A stretch of DNA of 62,452 bases, filler included, from Chiloscyllium plagiosum (lineage: Eukaryota): NCBI RefSeq assembly GCF_004010195.1. It is 3 parts of one record of this genome, joined end to end, with 100 filler letters (N's around TTAATTAATTAA, not from the genome) between each part and the next. Parts side by side here need not be neighbours in the genome. Positions count along the whole stretch, not along the records: positions 1 to 28,177 come from NC_057713.1; positions 28,278 to 58,122 come from NC_057713.1; 1 more part is not named here. One strand, written 5' to 3'. The position numbers and the translations under genes were made by a program. The notes under the pieces were generated by a model. It was not told the origin of the DNA. It searched no databases and worked only from the letters and a program-made list of their open reading frames with translations. This document shows, one piece after another, positions 22,490 to 36,100 of this stretch (positions are counted from its first letter, which is position 1; each line of letters opens with the position of its first letter).

Positions 22490-24351
22490 TCACAGAGGTG
22501 GCATCGAAAGAACAGCACCCGTGACCATTCTCTCATACACCTCTTTTGAACTGGTTTCAAAACAGCAATGTGCACTCACATGTTTCCAAGGAGATCCAAG
22601 ATAATGGGGGAAAAATGCTTTCACCTTTTCCTTTTGGTCATCAAATGTTGAGGCAAAGACAACTGTAACTGGTAGCAGTTACAGTGACAATGACAACAAA
22701 ATAAATAGATATTAAAATTATTAAACAAAAGCATTTAATTCATATTTATACTTCAGAAACATTACTTGCTATGTTCATTCTACACCATTTCCAATACCAT
22801 ATTTTGGGGTAATCAAAACAATTTTTCTTGCCAGGTATTTATTATCAAGCATTCATATCTACATATTAAAATGAATAATTTGGCTGATTTCAATTTCCCA
22901 TACTAATGTGCAAAGAAAATTGTAGACTGCTCACATACTATGTAAAGAGAATAGAAACAATGCATGAAGACAGCATTACATACTCTAAAATGTTTCAAGT
23001 TCAATTAAAAATGGATCCATATTAGCCTCAAAAAAACCCTCAACACAACAGCAAATAATCAACAGTGCTATCACAACAGGCTCCTGATACATGGCAGAAT
23101 TTTTTTTTAAAATTTGAATGAACCAGATGTTTTTAATAGGTGCAAGTTTTTAAGTTATCATTTAACTACTTCCTTTTGATGGAAATGCTTCATATAACCT
23201 CAAAGATAGATATGCAACTGAAGATAACATTTAGCAGCTTTTCATTGTTGCTCACTATGATTTTTCTCAAAATGCAAACATCTGTAAAATTGTCACATAG
23301 CTGTACTGTGGGTATGAATTTTGATGAGATTTTTAATAAAGCATATTCTGTTAACTTGGAATAAAACTGGATAAGTGCAATTTTGGACTCAATATTATTG
23401 ACTGTCTGCTCACAGATGCTACCAGTTCTTCAATGTTTCTAGCACTTCCCTTCATTTCAGATTTTTGGCTTGGGCAGACTTTGCTTTTATTCCTGCTAAC
23501 TTGAGTTTGCTTGAAAGGAAGATTTGAAGCTGTTCAACACAAGAGTGGTCAGATCAGCAGGAATAATTTGAATTAAACTCAAACAAAACAATTTTCTTTC
23601 CAGAATTTACAAATGAATTGAGTATGCAATTCCATTATAGCACTTTATTCAAATAACAAGTCAAAACTAGTAGAGTTCTTCATTCACACAAAGTCTACTA
23701 AAGTTAGGGTGTACAAGCAGAACCTGGGGGAAAAGTTAATTTGCACCCAAGTCGGAACACCCACGCAGGACGATATAAAACAACCATTCGTAAATACAGG
23801 AAACATTTGTATATGGGTCTTTAAAATTAAACCCCTATACATAGGATTGTGTTCATAAGTATGAATGTTCCTACACTGACACTCATAGATCCAGAATCTC
23901 CTGTATGTACATGCAGTCTTACTTGATGGGCTAATGTAGCAGTGCAATAATTGTAAAAGGAAACAAATAACCAATAGATATTTCTTCCATAAAAATTTTA
24001 GTTACTAAATCAAAATACCATCTCAGAGCTACCCAAATTGTGGGTAGTCATCCCCAGTGAGGCGATGAGACAAAGTTTTGGATTAGCATGGTCTAAGACA
24101 GCAACAGCTGCCTTGGAACTCACCGATTTCTAGTAGCTACAAGGCATCTATGAATCCTTTCCTAAAGCTTTTTTCAATTGGTGGACACAGCCTACCAGAA
24201 GGATCCTCTAAACCTAATTAATGCAGCCAAAACTAAGCTCATGAAACAACAGGTTTTGTTTGTTGCAGAAACTTCCCAAACTCCTCTCCCTTCACTTCTC
24301 CTTCGTAACACTGGTCAACACCTAAAGCTACCCAGTCATATTTTTTATTAA

Positions 24352-25482
24352 GTACTATATATAGTACAGTAAAAGTCAATCACATGTAGAAGTTGACCCC
24401 CTATTTTTGGCCAAAAGTCGACCCTAGTTCTTCACAGACATAAGGTCAATATTTGTGAATCAAGGTATTAAGCTGTGCATAGATGTTACAAGAGGAAGTT
24501 TTTTTTTTCATGCTATTGTGTTTTGATGTACAATTTGCACCAATTTGGCACGAATGTTTAAGATGTATTAGGTCAGAGGCAGGTGACAACCTCCCCTTGT
24601 GTGCAGCTCAGTAGAACTCAGTTCCCCATAGCACTCATGGAATACAATCATATTACTGTGATGTGTGTTCTTTTCCTTTATTCATTTAGATATATGTTCA
24701 TAAGATATTGGAACAGAATTAGGCTATTCAGCCCAAAGAGTCTGCTCTGCCATTCAATCATGGCTGATATGCTCTTCAGCCCCTTTTTCCTGCCTTCTTT
24801 CCAGAACACTTCAAACCATTCAAATTACAAATCTGTCTAACTCCTCCTCAAATTTACTCACTGTCCCAGCATCCACCACACTTTTGGATAGCAAATTACA
24901 GATTCTCATCACTTTGGGAGTAGTAGTTTCTCCCCAACTATTTTAAATTTGCTACCCGTTATCCTAAAGAATGCCACCCAAGAGGAAGGATCTGCTGCAT
25001 GTCTATTTTATCCATATCTTTTATCATCTTGATTACCTCAATTTGATCTCCCCTCATTCTAATAAACTCCAGACAGTATAGGCCTAAACTGTTCAAACTC
25101 TTTTCATACGGTAAACCCCTCATCTCTGGGATCAATCTAGCAAACCTCCTCCAATGCCAGTACACTTTTCCTCAAATAAGGGGGGCCAAAATTGTGTACA
25201 ATACTACAGGTGCAGTCTCACCAATGCCTTGTATAGTTGCAACAATACTTCCTTACCTTTATATTCTATTCCATTAGCTATAAAAGCCAACATTCCATTC
25301 TCTTTATTATCTGCTATACCTGTTTGCTAGATCAATTGGGCTACTGCTAACAATATGGTATTTTGGACTGTAGTATGAATTTCAGCCCCTCAAAAGTAGT
25401 ATCCATGTAATAGTCGACCCATAAATTTAACTGTTAAATTTTTTTAAAAAAAATTCAACTTTTCCACGAGTAACACAATGTA
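24352..25482. mobile_element. pogo/Tigger-like element carrying a minus-strand CR1 3' insertion (~24698-25330)
   Basis: Ends are homologous to 7190-8094 (GACCCC..TTTTGGCCAAAA; ATGAATTTCA.CCCCTCAAAA.TAGTA). Inner ORF 24959-25165 is CR1. Confidence 0.65.
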
Positions 25483-25964
25483 TATTGCTGATTCAGGTTA
25501 CTTGATATTTAATAGCTCAGACTACTACTTGCCGTGACAGATTTAAATACTTATGCATCATCCTTTTGTAAGCATGCTTTTGCTGGTCTGCAAATGGTCG
25601 CTGGTTATGTAGTTCTATTCTGGTCCTTGGCTTATTAGTAAATCAAGCTCATCCAGCAACTCAGCTCTTAGAAGTAATGACATGACATATTCCTCTTCTT
25701 TCCCAATGATAAAATTACATAAATTCAAGAATAAAAGTATGGACATATTAGGATGGTTGCAAAACCATTTACACATAAATAAGAATTGAAACTTTAAGGA
25801 TTTAAAAGGTTAGGAATCTGTGTAATGTGTAGCTAGTTTGACAATCCTTCTGGAACTTGTAATGGTGTGACGATCCAGAGATTTAGACTTCATACTTGGG
25901 TGTTCTGCACTTGCAGAAGTGTTGAAATCTAATGTGTTGTTGATGTGTTTGTTGTTGTCCTAAT

Positions 25965-26480
25965 AAGAATCTAAAGAACTAGGAACAGGAGTAAACAATT
26001 CAGCATTTGAGCCTGCTCTGCCATTCAATACGATCATGGTTAATCACATCTTGGTCGTCTGGTCCTCATAACCCTTTACGCATTAAAAATCCACAAACCT
26101 CCACCTTAAATTTATTCAGTGATCACCACATTCTGGGACAGAAAATTCCACAAGTTCACAACTTTGAGAAGTAATTTCTCCGCATCTGTGATTTAAATAT
26201 CCTTTATCCTAAAACCATGATGTCTTGTTCTAGATTGACCCACAAGAGGATACATCCGCTCTATGTCAACTTTGTGAAATCCCCTTGGATTCTTGTGGAT
26301 CTCAATTAGGCCTCTTTCAATCTTGTAAACTCCAAAGAAAATAGGAACTATTCAACTTCTTTTCATAAGACAAACCCCTCACTCTGGAATCAACCTGGGT
26401 AATTTGCTTCTAATGCAACTACATCCCTCCAAGTAAGGAGACCAAAACTGTACACAATACTCTAAACGCGATCTCACTAT
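25965..26480 (-). mobile_element. Old CR1 3' fragment
   Basis: Homologous to 24698-25330. Confidence 0.7.
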
Positions 26481-27594
26481 TAAAGAAATGTTGACTAAAG
26501 AATTTGTTTCGCTTTAAAACCCTTCATCGGCATCTTCAACAGGGTGAGAGCTGGCCGAGCCTCCTGAGCATATTCAGCAGCAGCAGCAACAGAGGAGGCG
26601 TCTTCAAGCAGAGGTGTGCAGGGACAGAGACAACTCATCCTGGCAATAGGTGGCAGTTTGAGCAACAGCAAAGGCATCAGTATTTTCATTTTTATTTTAC
26701 CTTGCAGGGGAGTCGGTTGGGATTAGGCCACGCGCAGCCCCAGATCCATGGGGCGCTCTGGTGCTGAGATCACAGAAGCTTCAGAATTGGCAGCATCTGG
26801 AGGAACAAGAGGTAAGGGATCAGGGTCATGGCTCCAGTTCACCATGGCAGTTGTGGGAGTGGCAGCAATGGTGGAGGTGAGCTCTTAACAGAGACCCAGA
26901 AGCCGTTATATACCCCAGCCAATATGAAATAGCAAATGGAGGACATGGGGAAGGTAACAAGAGGAAAATATGAACTCTATTGCAATAAAGTCTTGCATTA
27001 TGTTCAGTGTTTCAGAGCATGGTGACACTTTGCGTTTTGCATGGGATAAAATGCTTTTCACTATTTTTATATACGTGACAATAAATCTAAACCTACTCTT
27101 TGCTTTAATCCACATTAACTACATCAACTGCATTATTCTCATCTACACACCTGATCACCACCTCAAAAAAGAATGCAATCAAATTCGTTAGGTAGGATCT
27201 TCCCCTGAAAGTTTTGCTGACTATCTCTGATCAAAACCTAGCTCCTAAACTGGGGATTAATTCTCTCCTTCAGATTTTTATACAGTGGTTTCCCTACCAC
27301 TGACAGGAGACTCACGAGCTTGTTACTACTTATCTCTAACACCGTTCTCAAAAGATTGAAGCACATTAGTGGTCCTGCAGTCCTCTGGTAGCTCACCCGT
27401 GGCCAGAGAAAATTGACAAATTTGAATCAGAGTACCTGTAATTTCCTCCCTCACCTCCCACAGGAGGCGTGCTGAAATCGCCAACTATTGCCAGGAGTCA
27501 TCGTCTCTGCCACTGGAAACAGCTCAGTCACACTCGGAGGTGTCTACTTTTAAGCCCGGTAAAACCTCAAACACCACCTCACTCTCCATTTCAA

Positions 27595-28177
27595 ACATTG
27601 GAATCTCTTTTGGGGTAGAAGCGACCTGTACAAGGAGGACAGATTGCACCTAAATTGGAAGTGGACTAATATACGGGCAGGGAAATTTGCTAGAACTGCT
27701 TGGGAGGATTTAAACTGGTAAGGGGTGGGTAAGGGGGGGCTCCAAGGAGAAAATGAGGAAAGAGATCGATCTGAGATGGATACAGTTGAGAACAGAAGTG
27801 AGTCCAACAGTCAGGGCAGGCAGAGACAAGGTAGGACTAATAAATTAAACTGCATTTATTTCAATGCAAGGGGCCTAACAGGGAAGGCAGATGAACTCAG
27901 GGCATGGTTAGGAACATGGGACTGGGATATCATAGCAATTACAGAAACATGGCTCAGGGATGGGCAGGACTGGCAACTTAATGTTCCAGGATACAAATGC
28001 TACAGGAAGGATAGAAAGGGAGGCAAGAGAGGAGGGGAGGTGTCCTTTTGATAAGGGATAGCATTACAGCTGTGCGGAGGGAGGATATTCCCAGAAATAC
28101 ATCCAGGGAAGTTATTTGGATGGAACTGAGAAATCAGAAAGGGATGATCACCTTATTGGGATCGTATTATAGACCCC
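27595..28177 (+). mobile_element. CR1 ORF1 end and ORF2 AP-endonuclease N-terminus
   Basis: LYKEDRLHLNWKWT (ORF1 esterase end), then CIYFNARGL...DIIAITETWL...PGYKCYRKDR...GG and YYRP. Confidence 0.9.
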
Positions 28178-28277
28178 NNNNNNNNNNNNNNNNNNNNNNN
28201 NNNNNNNNNNNNNNNNNNNNNTTAATTAATTAANNNNNNNNNNNNNNNNNNNNNNNNNNNNNNNNNNNNNNNNNNNN
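28178..28277. other. Artificial scaffold join (44N-TTAATTAATTAA-44N)
   Basis: Six-frame stop linker, 100 bases in total, identical in design to 58123-58222. Confidence 0.97.
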
Positions 28278-28670
28278 GTCGTGCTTCTGCAGCGCGGCCG
28301 AGAGCGAGTCCCAATGATTTCTGGATTCTGCAATAAAGGCATCGATCTTCGAATCCAGCTTGGACATCATTTCTGCAAGGCTTGTCACTGTAGGTAAGTC
28401 CCCCGGGGCGCCTGTGGAATCCTCTGCTGCAGCTGGAGAGGGTGGGGGAGGGGTTCCTGCTTGCTGAGAGCTGCGGGCTCCCTTCCCTTTAGTCATTTTA
28501 ATTTAGGATTAAATTGTTTAAATGTAATATTACACAACTAATTAAATTACACAACTAATATAAATGATTTGGTGAGCGTGGTAGGGGGTAGGTGACCCAC
28601 TGTACCCAAGTCTTGGGAGGAGCACTATAGACTCAGTCTTGCTGGGTCGCCGCCATCTTGGATCCCCCCC
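28278..28670 (-). mobile_element. L1-clade LINE 5' end with ORF1 start (ATG 28496), inserted in a CR1
   Basis: Begins GGGGGGGATCCAAGATGGCGGCG (G-run plus YY1-type motif), 174-nt leader, then open frame MTKGKGARSSQ...LAEMMSKLDSKIDAF running into the gap. CpGs are retained. Confidence 0.75.
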
Positions 28671-29680
28671 ACTGTATGCCTTCTTAACAGCACTATCCAC
28701 CTGGGTGGCAACTTTCAAGGATCTATGTACATGGACTCCAAGATCCCTCTGCACATCCACACTACCAAGAATCTTTCCATTGACCCAGTACTCTACCTGC
28801 CTGTTATTCTTCCCAAAGTACATCACCTCACATTTAGCTGCATTGAACTCCATTTGCCACCTTTCAGCCCAATTCCGCAGTTTATCCAAGTCCCACTGCA
28901 ACCTGTAACATTCTTCCAGACTTTAGTGTCATCTGCAAAATTACTAATCCATCCATCCATGCCTGCGTCTAAGTCATTTATAAAACTTACAAACAGAAAT
29001 GGTCCCAAAACAGATCCTTGTGGCACACCACTAGTAACTGGACTCCAAGCTGAATATTTTCCATCAACAATTACTCGCTGCCTTCTTTCAGAAAGCCAGT
29101 TTCTAATCCAAACTGCTAAATCACCCTCAATTCCATGCCTCTGCATTTTCTCCAACAGCCTACCATGGGGAACCTTATCAAAAGCTTTACTGAAGTCCAT
29201 GTATACCGCGTCAACTGCACTACCCTCATCTACATGCTTGGTCACCTTCTCAAAAAACTCAATGCAGTTCGTGAGACACGACCTGCCCTTAATGAAACCA
29301 AGTTGACTATCTGAAATCAAATTGTTGCTTGCTAGATGATTATAAATCTTATCTCTTATAATCCTTTCCAAAACCTTTCCTACAACAGAAGTAAGGCTCA
29401 CTGGTCTTTAATTACCTGAGTCATCTCTACTGCCCTTCTTGAACAAGGGCATAACATTTGCAATCCTCCAGTTCTTTGGCACTAAACCTGTAGACAATGA
29501 TGACTGAAATATCAAATGCAAAGGCTCTGCTATCTCCTCCCTAGATTCCCAGAGAATCCTCGGATAAATCCCATCTGGCCCAGGGGCCTTGTCTACTTTC
29601 ACTCCTTCTAGAATTAGTAACACCTGTTCGTAACTAACCTTGATCCTTTCTAGTCTAATATCTCGTACCTCATTCTTCTC
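28671..29680 (-). mobile_element. CR1 ORF2 reverse-transcriptase region, frameshifted
   Basis: ORFs 29408-29695 (KAPGPDG), 28823-29401 ([25 protein letters not shown]) and 28542-28901. Confidence 0.95.
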
Positions 29681-30218
29681 TGTAGTTGAAAGCAAAGCTA
29701 TGAGGGGTAAAGCATTCTAAATTGGTGAAAAAATAGAGGCTAGATACTGGGGCAGTGCAGAGCTGGAATAGTGGAAATTGAAAGTGCAAGTAAATCTTCA
29801 TGTAAGAAAAAGAAAGAGAATACCTGTCTTTGTAGACCAAGAACAAAACAGGGAAGCTGTTTCTTCTTCCAATGGTTTGTAAATTTTAGAGGTGGATGCA
29901 GATTTTCAAGTAGTTTGATTTGGAGCCTTTGACACTTGGTTATTTATGTATTCCACACGATAGATTCATAGACTCATAACGTTGTACAACACAGAAACAG
30001 ACCCTCTGGTCCAATTTGTTCATGCCGACCAGATGTCCTAAATTGATTTAATCTCATTGGCCAACACTTGGCCCTTGTCATTTCCTCCTATGCAATATTA
30101 ATATATGTAGTTACAGATACTATTTTTTCAGACTTTTGCCAAGCATCAAAAGAAGTACCTTCAAATTACCGAGATACTGGGTGGACCATATAGGATGAGC
30201 AGCTACAGACACAGAGAA

Positions 30219-30500
30219 CTGAAGAAGGGTCATAAAATCTGAAAGACCTGCAGAGGTTGTAAATCAGAAACAAAAACAGAAATTGCAGGGAACGTTCAGC
30301 AGGCCTGGCAGCATCTTTGTGGGACAAATCAGAATTAACGTTTTGGATCAGGTGATTTTTCCTCAGGTGAAGGGTCACTGGACACGAAACATTAACTCTG
30401 GTTTCTCTCCATAGATGCTGTCAAACATGCTGAGTTTTTCCGGCAATTTCTGAAGAAGAGTCATACCAGATTTGAAACGTTAATTCTATTTTTCTCTCTC
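30219..30500. mobile_element. Fold-back mini element (30235-30449) inserted into the hammerhead-like core of a related repeat
   Basis: Inverted arms around ~30360. TSD CTGAAGAAG(G/A)GTCATA at 30219-30234 and 30450-30465. Confidence 0.75.
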
Positions 30501-32727
30501 TACAGCAACCCTGGTAACATTCTTGTAAACCTTTTCTGCATCCTTTCAAAGATAACAACATCTTTCCTATTGCAGGCACACCAGAACTGAACGCAGTATT
30601 CCAACAGTGGCCTAACCAATGTCATGTACAGCAGCAACATGATATTCCAGCTCCAATACTCAATGCACTGACCAATAAAGGCAAATGCCCCCTTCACTAC
30701 TCTGTCTGCCTGTGATCATACCCTTGCCTAGCCCAAAATGATGTGTGAATGCATGTTTCTTACAGTGCAGATGTTGATGAGGCACCAGCAAGGAGCAGCA
30801 CAGATGTGTTTTCTTGCCCTCTCCATGATTTGATGTGCCCTCATCATGGGGAGTTCCGAATAGTTATTTAAATAAACTGACCCCAGAGCCAACCAGATGG
30901 CAATTCAATGTGACTTGGGTGAGCAATGTACTTGCTGTGCAGAAGCTTAGCCTATTGTCCTTCTGTGTGACTCCCCACTACTGTAATGTTGGTTTATTAA
31001 AGCTGTAGTGAGCTGAGCTATATCATTGTGAGATTGTAATACTGAACTGAGCTATGTCAAAATATTCTGACCCCAGTTATTATTCTGTGGTGTCTCTGAA
31101 ATCAATTGTGAAAATATACTCAGGTCATTAGGATTCAAATTCTCTACTGCGTATAGTCATATAATTTCATTGCATAGAGTATGCAACTAATTTATGTTGA
31201 TGTTCATGTTTGACATCAGTTTTCCTTGAATTCGTCTTCTTTATCTCAATGTATCAACATTTTTCTTCTCTCTATTTTTTCCCCATTCACATACATCTAG
31301 CTTCCTATTGAAAGCATTGTGATTTATCACTTACGTTGTCTGACAGCAACATGTCTAAAGCAACAGGGAAACATACCATTTGATCCAAAATAGCCTTATT
31401 CCAATTTCAGTTCAAAGTGCATTTACATGCAAACAGAAAAACATATAAAATAGGGTCAGAATGAGGTCATTCAGCCCCTGCCATTGAACAGTATAATGGT
31501 TAACCCGATTATTCCATCTTCCCACCTACCCCCTGGGAAGGGTTTCTCTTTGCTTGGCAAGAATCTATCTAACTTGGGCTTGAAAATATTCAGACTCTGC
31601 TTTCACTATCTTTTGAGGGGGAGAATTCCAAAAACTTAACCAGCCTCTGTGAGAAAATATTCTCCTCATCTCTGTCTGAAATAGGTGACCTTTCTTTTGA
31701 ACTGAAAGCATTGGGATACCCAGAGCTATCTGCATCACACAACAATGCAATCTGTCATTTAGATCATATAATCCCTTCTTTTTCTTCCCGCTAACCTGGA
31801 AAAATCACAAGGTCTGCTATAACAGCACTTTCCAAACATGCAACCTCTCCCGCCTAGCAGACAGACAGTGGAGAGACTATCAAGTGCAAGTTTGTCTTCA
31901 AAACTTGCATCACTGTATCGTGGAACTACATAGCCATTCCTTCAGGTGACTGGGTCAAAATCAGCACCTAACAGCATTGTGGGTCTCCCAACACTATATG
32001 GGCTTTAATAGTTTAAGTTCACCTTCTCAGGCTCATTTCAATGTGGGCAATTTAACCTTTTTTCATATGATGTGGATATTTGTGGCAAGGTCACCATTTG
32101 CTGCCCATTTAGGCCATTTTGCATTGAAGCTAAGACTCAATGGCATTTTGGGATTTTCTGGTGTCACATATAAGCTAGAAGAGATAATGAATGTCAGATT
32201 TCATAGAGTTTCCATGTACAGCATGGAAATAGACCCTGTGGTCCAACTCGCCCATACTGACCAGATTTCCTTTCCTAAAGGGACCTTGGGCTACCAAATA
32301 GGCTTTTAGATTAATCAATGAGAGTTTCTTGGTCATCCCAACTGAAAGTGGCTGTATATTCCAGCTTTAATAACGACATTTATTAGCCTAGTGATATTAA
32401 CACTATACCACCATCTTTACTAGCAATTCTCACATCTGATGAAAGAACAACATAAAATATGTCCCCAGGGTAACTTGAACTCCCTTCCTAACATTCAGTT
32501 TCCCAAGTAATCAATCCAATAAAGTCTTTCCTGTTTAGATTTAAAAAGCTAAAGTAACATTTTCTGAGACTCTATTGCAGAAGTAGAACCTTGTTTGGCC
32601 CAAATGTAGAAAATTATAGTGAGTGCACGTAACTTATTTCAATGATATTCATCCAGTTCAATTTGAATTTGCTTTCTGCTCCTAAATATAGCCAATAAAA
32701 TTATGTGGGAGATATAACTCCATTTTG

Positions 32728-32946
32728 TTAAAAATCACACGACACCAGGTTACAGTCCAACACGTTTAATTGGAAGCACTAGCTTTCAGAGCACTGCTCT
32801 TTCATCAGGTAGTAGCATAACCAACTGATGAAGGAGTCACGCTCCAAAAGCGATTGCTTCCAATTAAACATGTTGGACTGTAACCTGGTGTCGTGTGATT
32901 TTTAATTTTGTTCACCCCAGTCCAACACCGGCATCTCCAAATCATG
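32728..32946. mobile_element. Fold-back mini element (third family) with decayed hammerhead cores on both strands
   Basis: Inverted arms span 32728-32905. CTGATGAAGGAGTCACGCTCCAAAAGC at 32825-32851 with a mirror copy at ~32781-32808. Confidence 0.8.
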
Positions 32947-33249
32947 ACTTGCAATTTGTTGTTCATTTCTTGCAATCCAGGAAATACAGAGTTAAGTCTG
33001 ACACTTTTTTGATACTGATGCTTTCACCCAGTGAGGTGTTTTACTGATATTACTGGCAGGATGGATTTTTATTGCAAGTTATCCAGATTAGTTTAATATC
33101 AGACAGCTCAAAATGAGGGAAGACTGCTTTCGTATTAGTCTCAAGGATAATTCTCGTGCTACTTAGATTAATGAAGGTGTTATACTGTGAAAATATTTCA
33201 GTTAATCAACATCTCTAAATAGGTCCTAGAATATGAAATTTCAATTCTA

Positions 33250-33585
33250 ATCATTGAATTCCTATAGTGAAGTTAGAGGCTATTTGGTCCACCAAGTCTG
33301 CACCAACCCTCTGAAGGGCATCCCACCCAATCCCTGTAACCCCACATTTACCATGGTTAACCCACCTAGCATTCATAACCTGCACCATAGAGCATTTAAC
33401 ATGGCCAATCCACCTAATCTGCACAGCTCTGGACTGTGGGAGGAAACCAGACCACCCAACAGAAACTCAGGCAGACACAGGGAGAACATGCAAACTCCAT
33501 ACAGACAGTCACCCAGAGTGGAATTGAACCTGGGTCCTGGTGGTTTGAGGCAATAGTGCTAACCACTGAGCCACTGTACTGTCCC
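33250..33585 (-). mobile_element. HE1-like tRNA SINE
   Basis: Head homologous to 487-577, central GTGCAGATTAGGTGGATTGGCCATG block and CR1-like tail. Confidence 0.8.
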
Positions 33586-34569
33586 TCATACAGGGTTGTG
33601 GGAAGAGTGTGGATTATGGATTAGAGACACTAAAATGATTTACTCCATATAATTAATTATTCCTGCAGTTACACTGTGTTAATCGCAGTAAGGTCATATC
33701 TAATGACTTTGAGAGTGATAGTCACTTTTTCCTCACCAAGGAATGTTGAGGCCAATCTTAACTCTTCTGGTTAATAACTCCAGCTTTTCCAACTCACAGC
33801 AGTGATTGAGGAAACTGCCTCGTCTCTGAGCCCTCAGTTTCAGGTTTGACAATCAAAATTTGACATTCAGGAGCACACTGGCTGTGTTCTGCAGTGTCAG
33901 AGGTTGTTGTGCTGGACTAGGGTTTGTCAGGAAATTTTAACCCTGCACAAAATCCATGAGTTTGGGTTACGTGGGAAGTAAGAGCCTAAGCCTGATCAGA
34001 AACTGACAAACCTGTCGCTGCAGTTTCCACAGAGAGGGGTATAGGTGACCGATCCACTCAGAGGAGGTGAGTTCTTTATTAAAATACTTTAATGCATCTG
34101 CACATCTCAAGGGATTTTCTCTGTTCCGGCTTTAATATTCACTGGCCAGATTTTCCAAGCCTTAGGAAAGATGGCAGCTAAAGGGACTGCTGTATGACTG
34201 AGGTAGGTACTTGAAGCTCATCGGATTAAAGGCAAGTCATTATTTTTATTCTTTCATTGGATATGGGCACTGCAGGCATGACCACTTTGTTACCTATCCC
34301 TAAATGCCCTGGAACTGAGTGGTTTTCTAGAGGGCAGTTAACAATCAATTGCATCGCTGTGCATTTGGAATCACATGCAGAGAGAACATGTAAGTGTGAC
34401 AGGTTTCCTTCCCTTCAGGATACTAATGCATGATATGGGGTATTTTTATGACAATTGATTATGATTTTCACAGCCAAAATTTCTGAGACTAACTTTTCAC
34501 TAGTTGCTTGGTAATATTTGAACTCATGTTCCCAGAACATTAGCCTGGATTCTGAGCTTACATGGTCAG

Positions 34570-36100
34570 TGTGAGGGAGCCTTTCTTTGAGTGAGCCAGA
34601 AGTCAAACGAGTGTGTCTGATATTTTGGTTCAAACTCAGCACAGAGGGAAGAAGAAGGTGCTTTAAGTCAGGTTAACTGTAGCAAGTAAAGTCTCCGGCG
34701 CAAGGAGTGAGCAGGAGTTGTTCAAAAGCATGGACTAAAAGGCATAGCTGGAATGGGACCAGTAGTGGAGTGACATCAGAAATCACAATGCAGTGCAAGT
34801 GCAGGGCAAGCAGATGATTTGTGAGAAAGATTGGTGAGTCTTTCTAGCCTCTGGAGTTTGGGTTTCGGAATCTAGGCTTTTTTCTCTCTTTTTCATAAAA
34901 GAAAAGCTTGATTAGTGTGAAGAGCAGCGATACTACTTTTATGAATAAATAAATTAAATAAGATATAATAGTGATGACAAGATGGATGAAGTGTTGCTGC
35001 TGCAGCACATGGGAGCCACTGGAGACCAAGATTATCCAGGACGGAAGCATCAGTAGTAAATGCTTGCACCTCGAGAAACTTCAGATCTGAGTTGCGGAGC
35101 AGAATTCTGAGCTGCAAACATTGCATCTTGTATATAGGTTTCTACGGCTTTCTCTGGTTGCACTAGTGTCCTTAGAATCATGAAGGTTTTCCTCCCATCA
35201 TTGATCACGAAAATCATAAGACCACGACATTATGTCTTTAGCGACCTTATTAACCTTCAGGGTACTGACCTTGGGGTACAGCATCCAACTTTCTGTCTCT
35301 TCATCAAACAGTCCCATGATTCCAAATTGACCCGCCATTTTGTTTCCCTGATTTGTTCAAGGGAGGTCAGCGTTGACAAATTTGATTGAACTTTTTGAGA
35401 AGGTAACCAGGATTATTAATGAAGGTAATGCATTGGGTGTGTTTTTCATGGACCTGCGTGAGGTTCTTGATAAGGTTCCTATGGGAGATTGGCCAAGAAA
35501 GGAAAAACTTATAGAATTCAATACAAAGTGGCACATTGAATTCAAAATGGGCTGAAACTATTTCTGTGAGTTGATTTGCGATGGGGTTCCGTAGTGCTAG
35601 GTCCTGGGACACCTTTGAAGAGAATTGAGAAAAATATTTTCACACACTGGGTGGTGGAATCAGAAGCTAATTGTCTGAAAGATTGGTTGAGTCAAAAAAT
35701 CTTATGGCAATGCAGCATAATTTGAATATTCACCCTCTTTGCCATAACCTTTTTCCCAGAGTTATGGGGCAGGAGCTGGAAACTGGGATTTGTGTCATCA
35801 GATCTTTACAGCTGGGTGTGGATATGATTGACCTCCAGCCCATGCTGTAAATCTCAATGACGGCTAAAATGTGGGCTCAGATGAAAATAATTTGAACAGT
35901 TAGGAGCCAAGTTAAAAAGCAAAACATCCGAGGTGATAATTCCAGGATTACTACTTGAGTCACAGCCAAATTTGCAGAGAGTAAATAAAGTCAAGGAGTT
36001 AACTCCATGGCTCAAAGATTGGTGTGGGAGGAATGGGTTTCAGTTCATGGGCACTGGCACCAGTTCAAAGGTAGAGTTGAGCTGTTCCATTAGAAAGGGT
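34570..36100 (+). mobile_element. Scrambled old CR1 fragments (5'/ORF1, RT, esterase)
   Basis: CCCCSTWE zinc-finger-like piece, ORF 35373-35555 (TNLIELFEKVT..DKVP) and ORF 35933-36130 (WLKDWCGRNGFQFM). Confidence 0.6.

Noticed and set aside
23538..23551. 14-mer CACAAGAGTGGTCA identical to part of the PTP4A exon (4998-5011)
   Set aside because: A few 14-mer matches are expected by chance in 62 kb, and there is no flanking similarity.
28222..28233. TTAATTAATTAA palindrome between N runs (also 58167-58178)
   Set aside because: Artificial six-frame-stop scaffolding linker, not biology.
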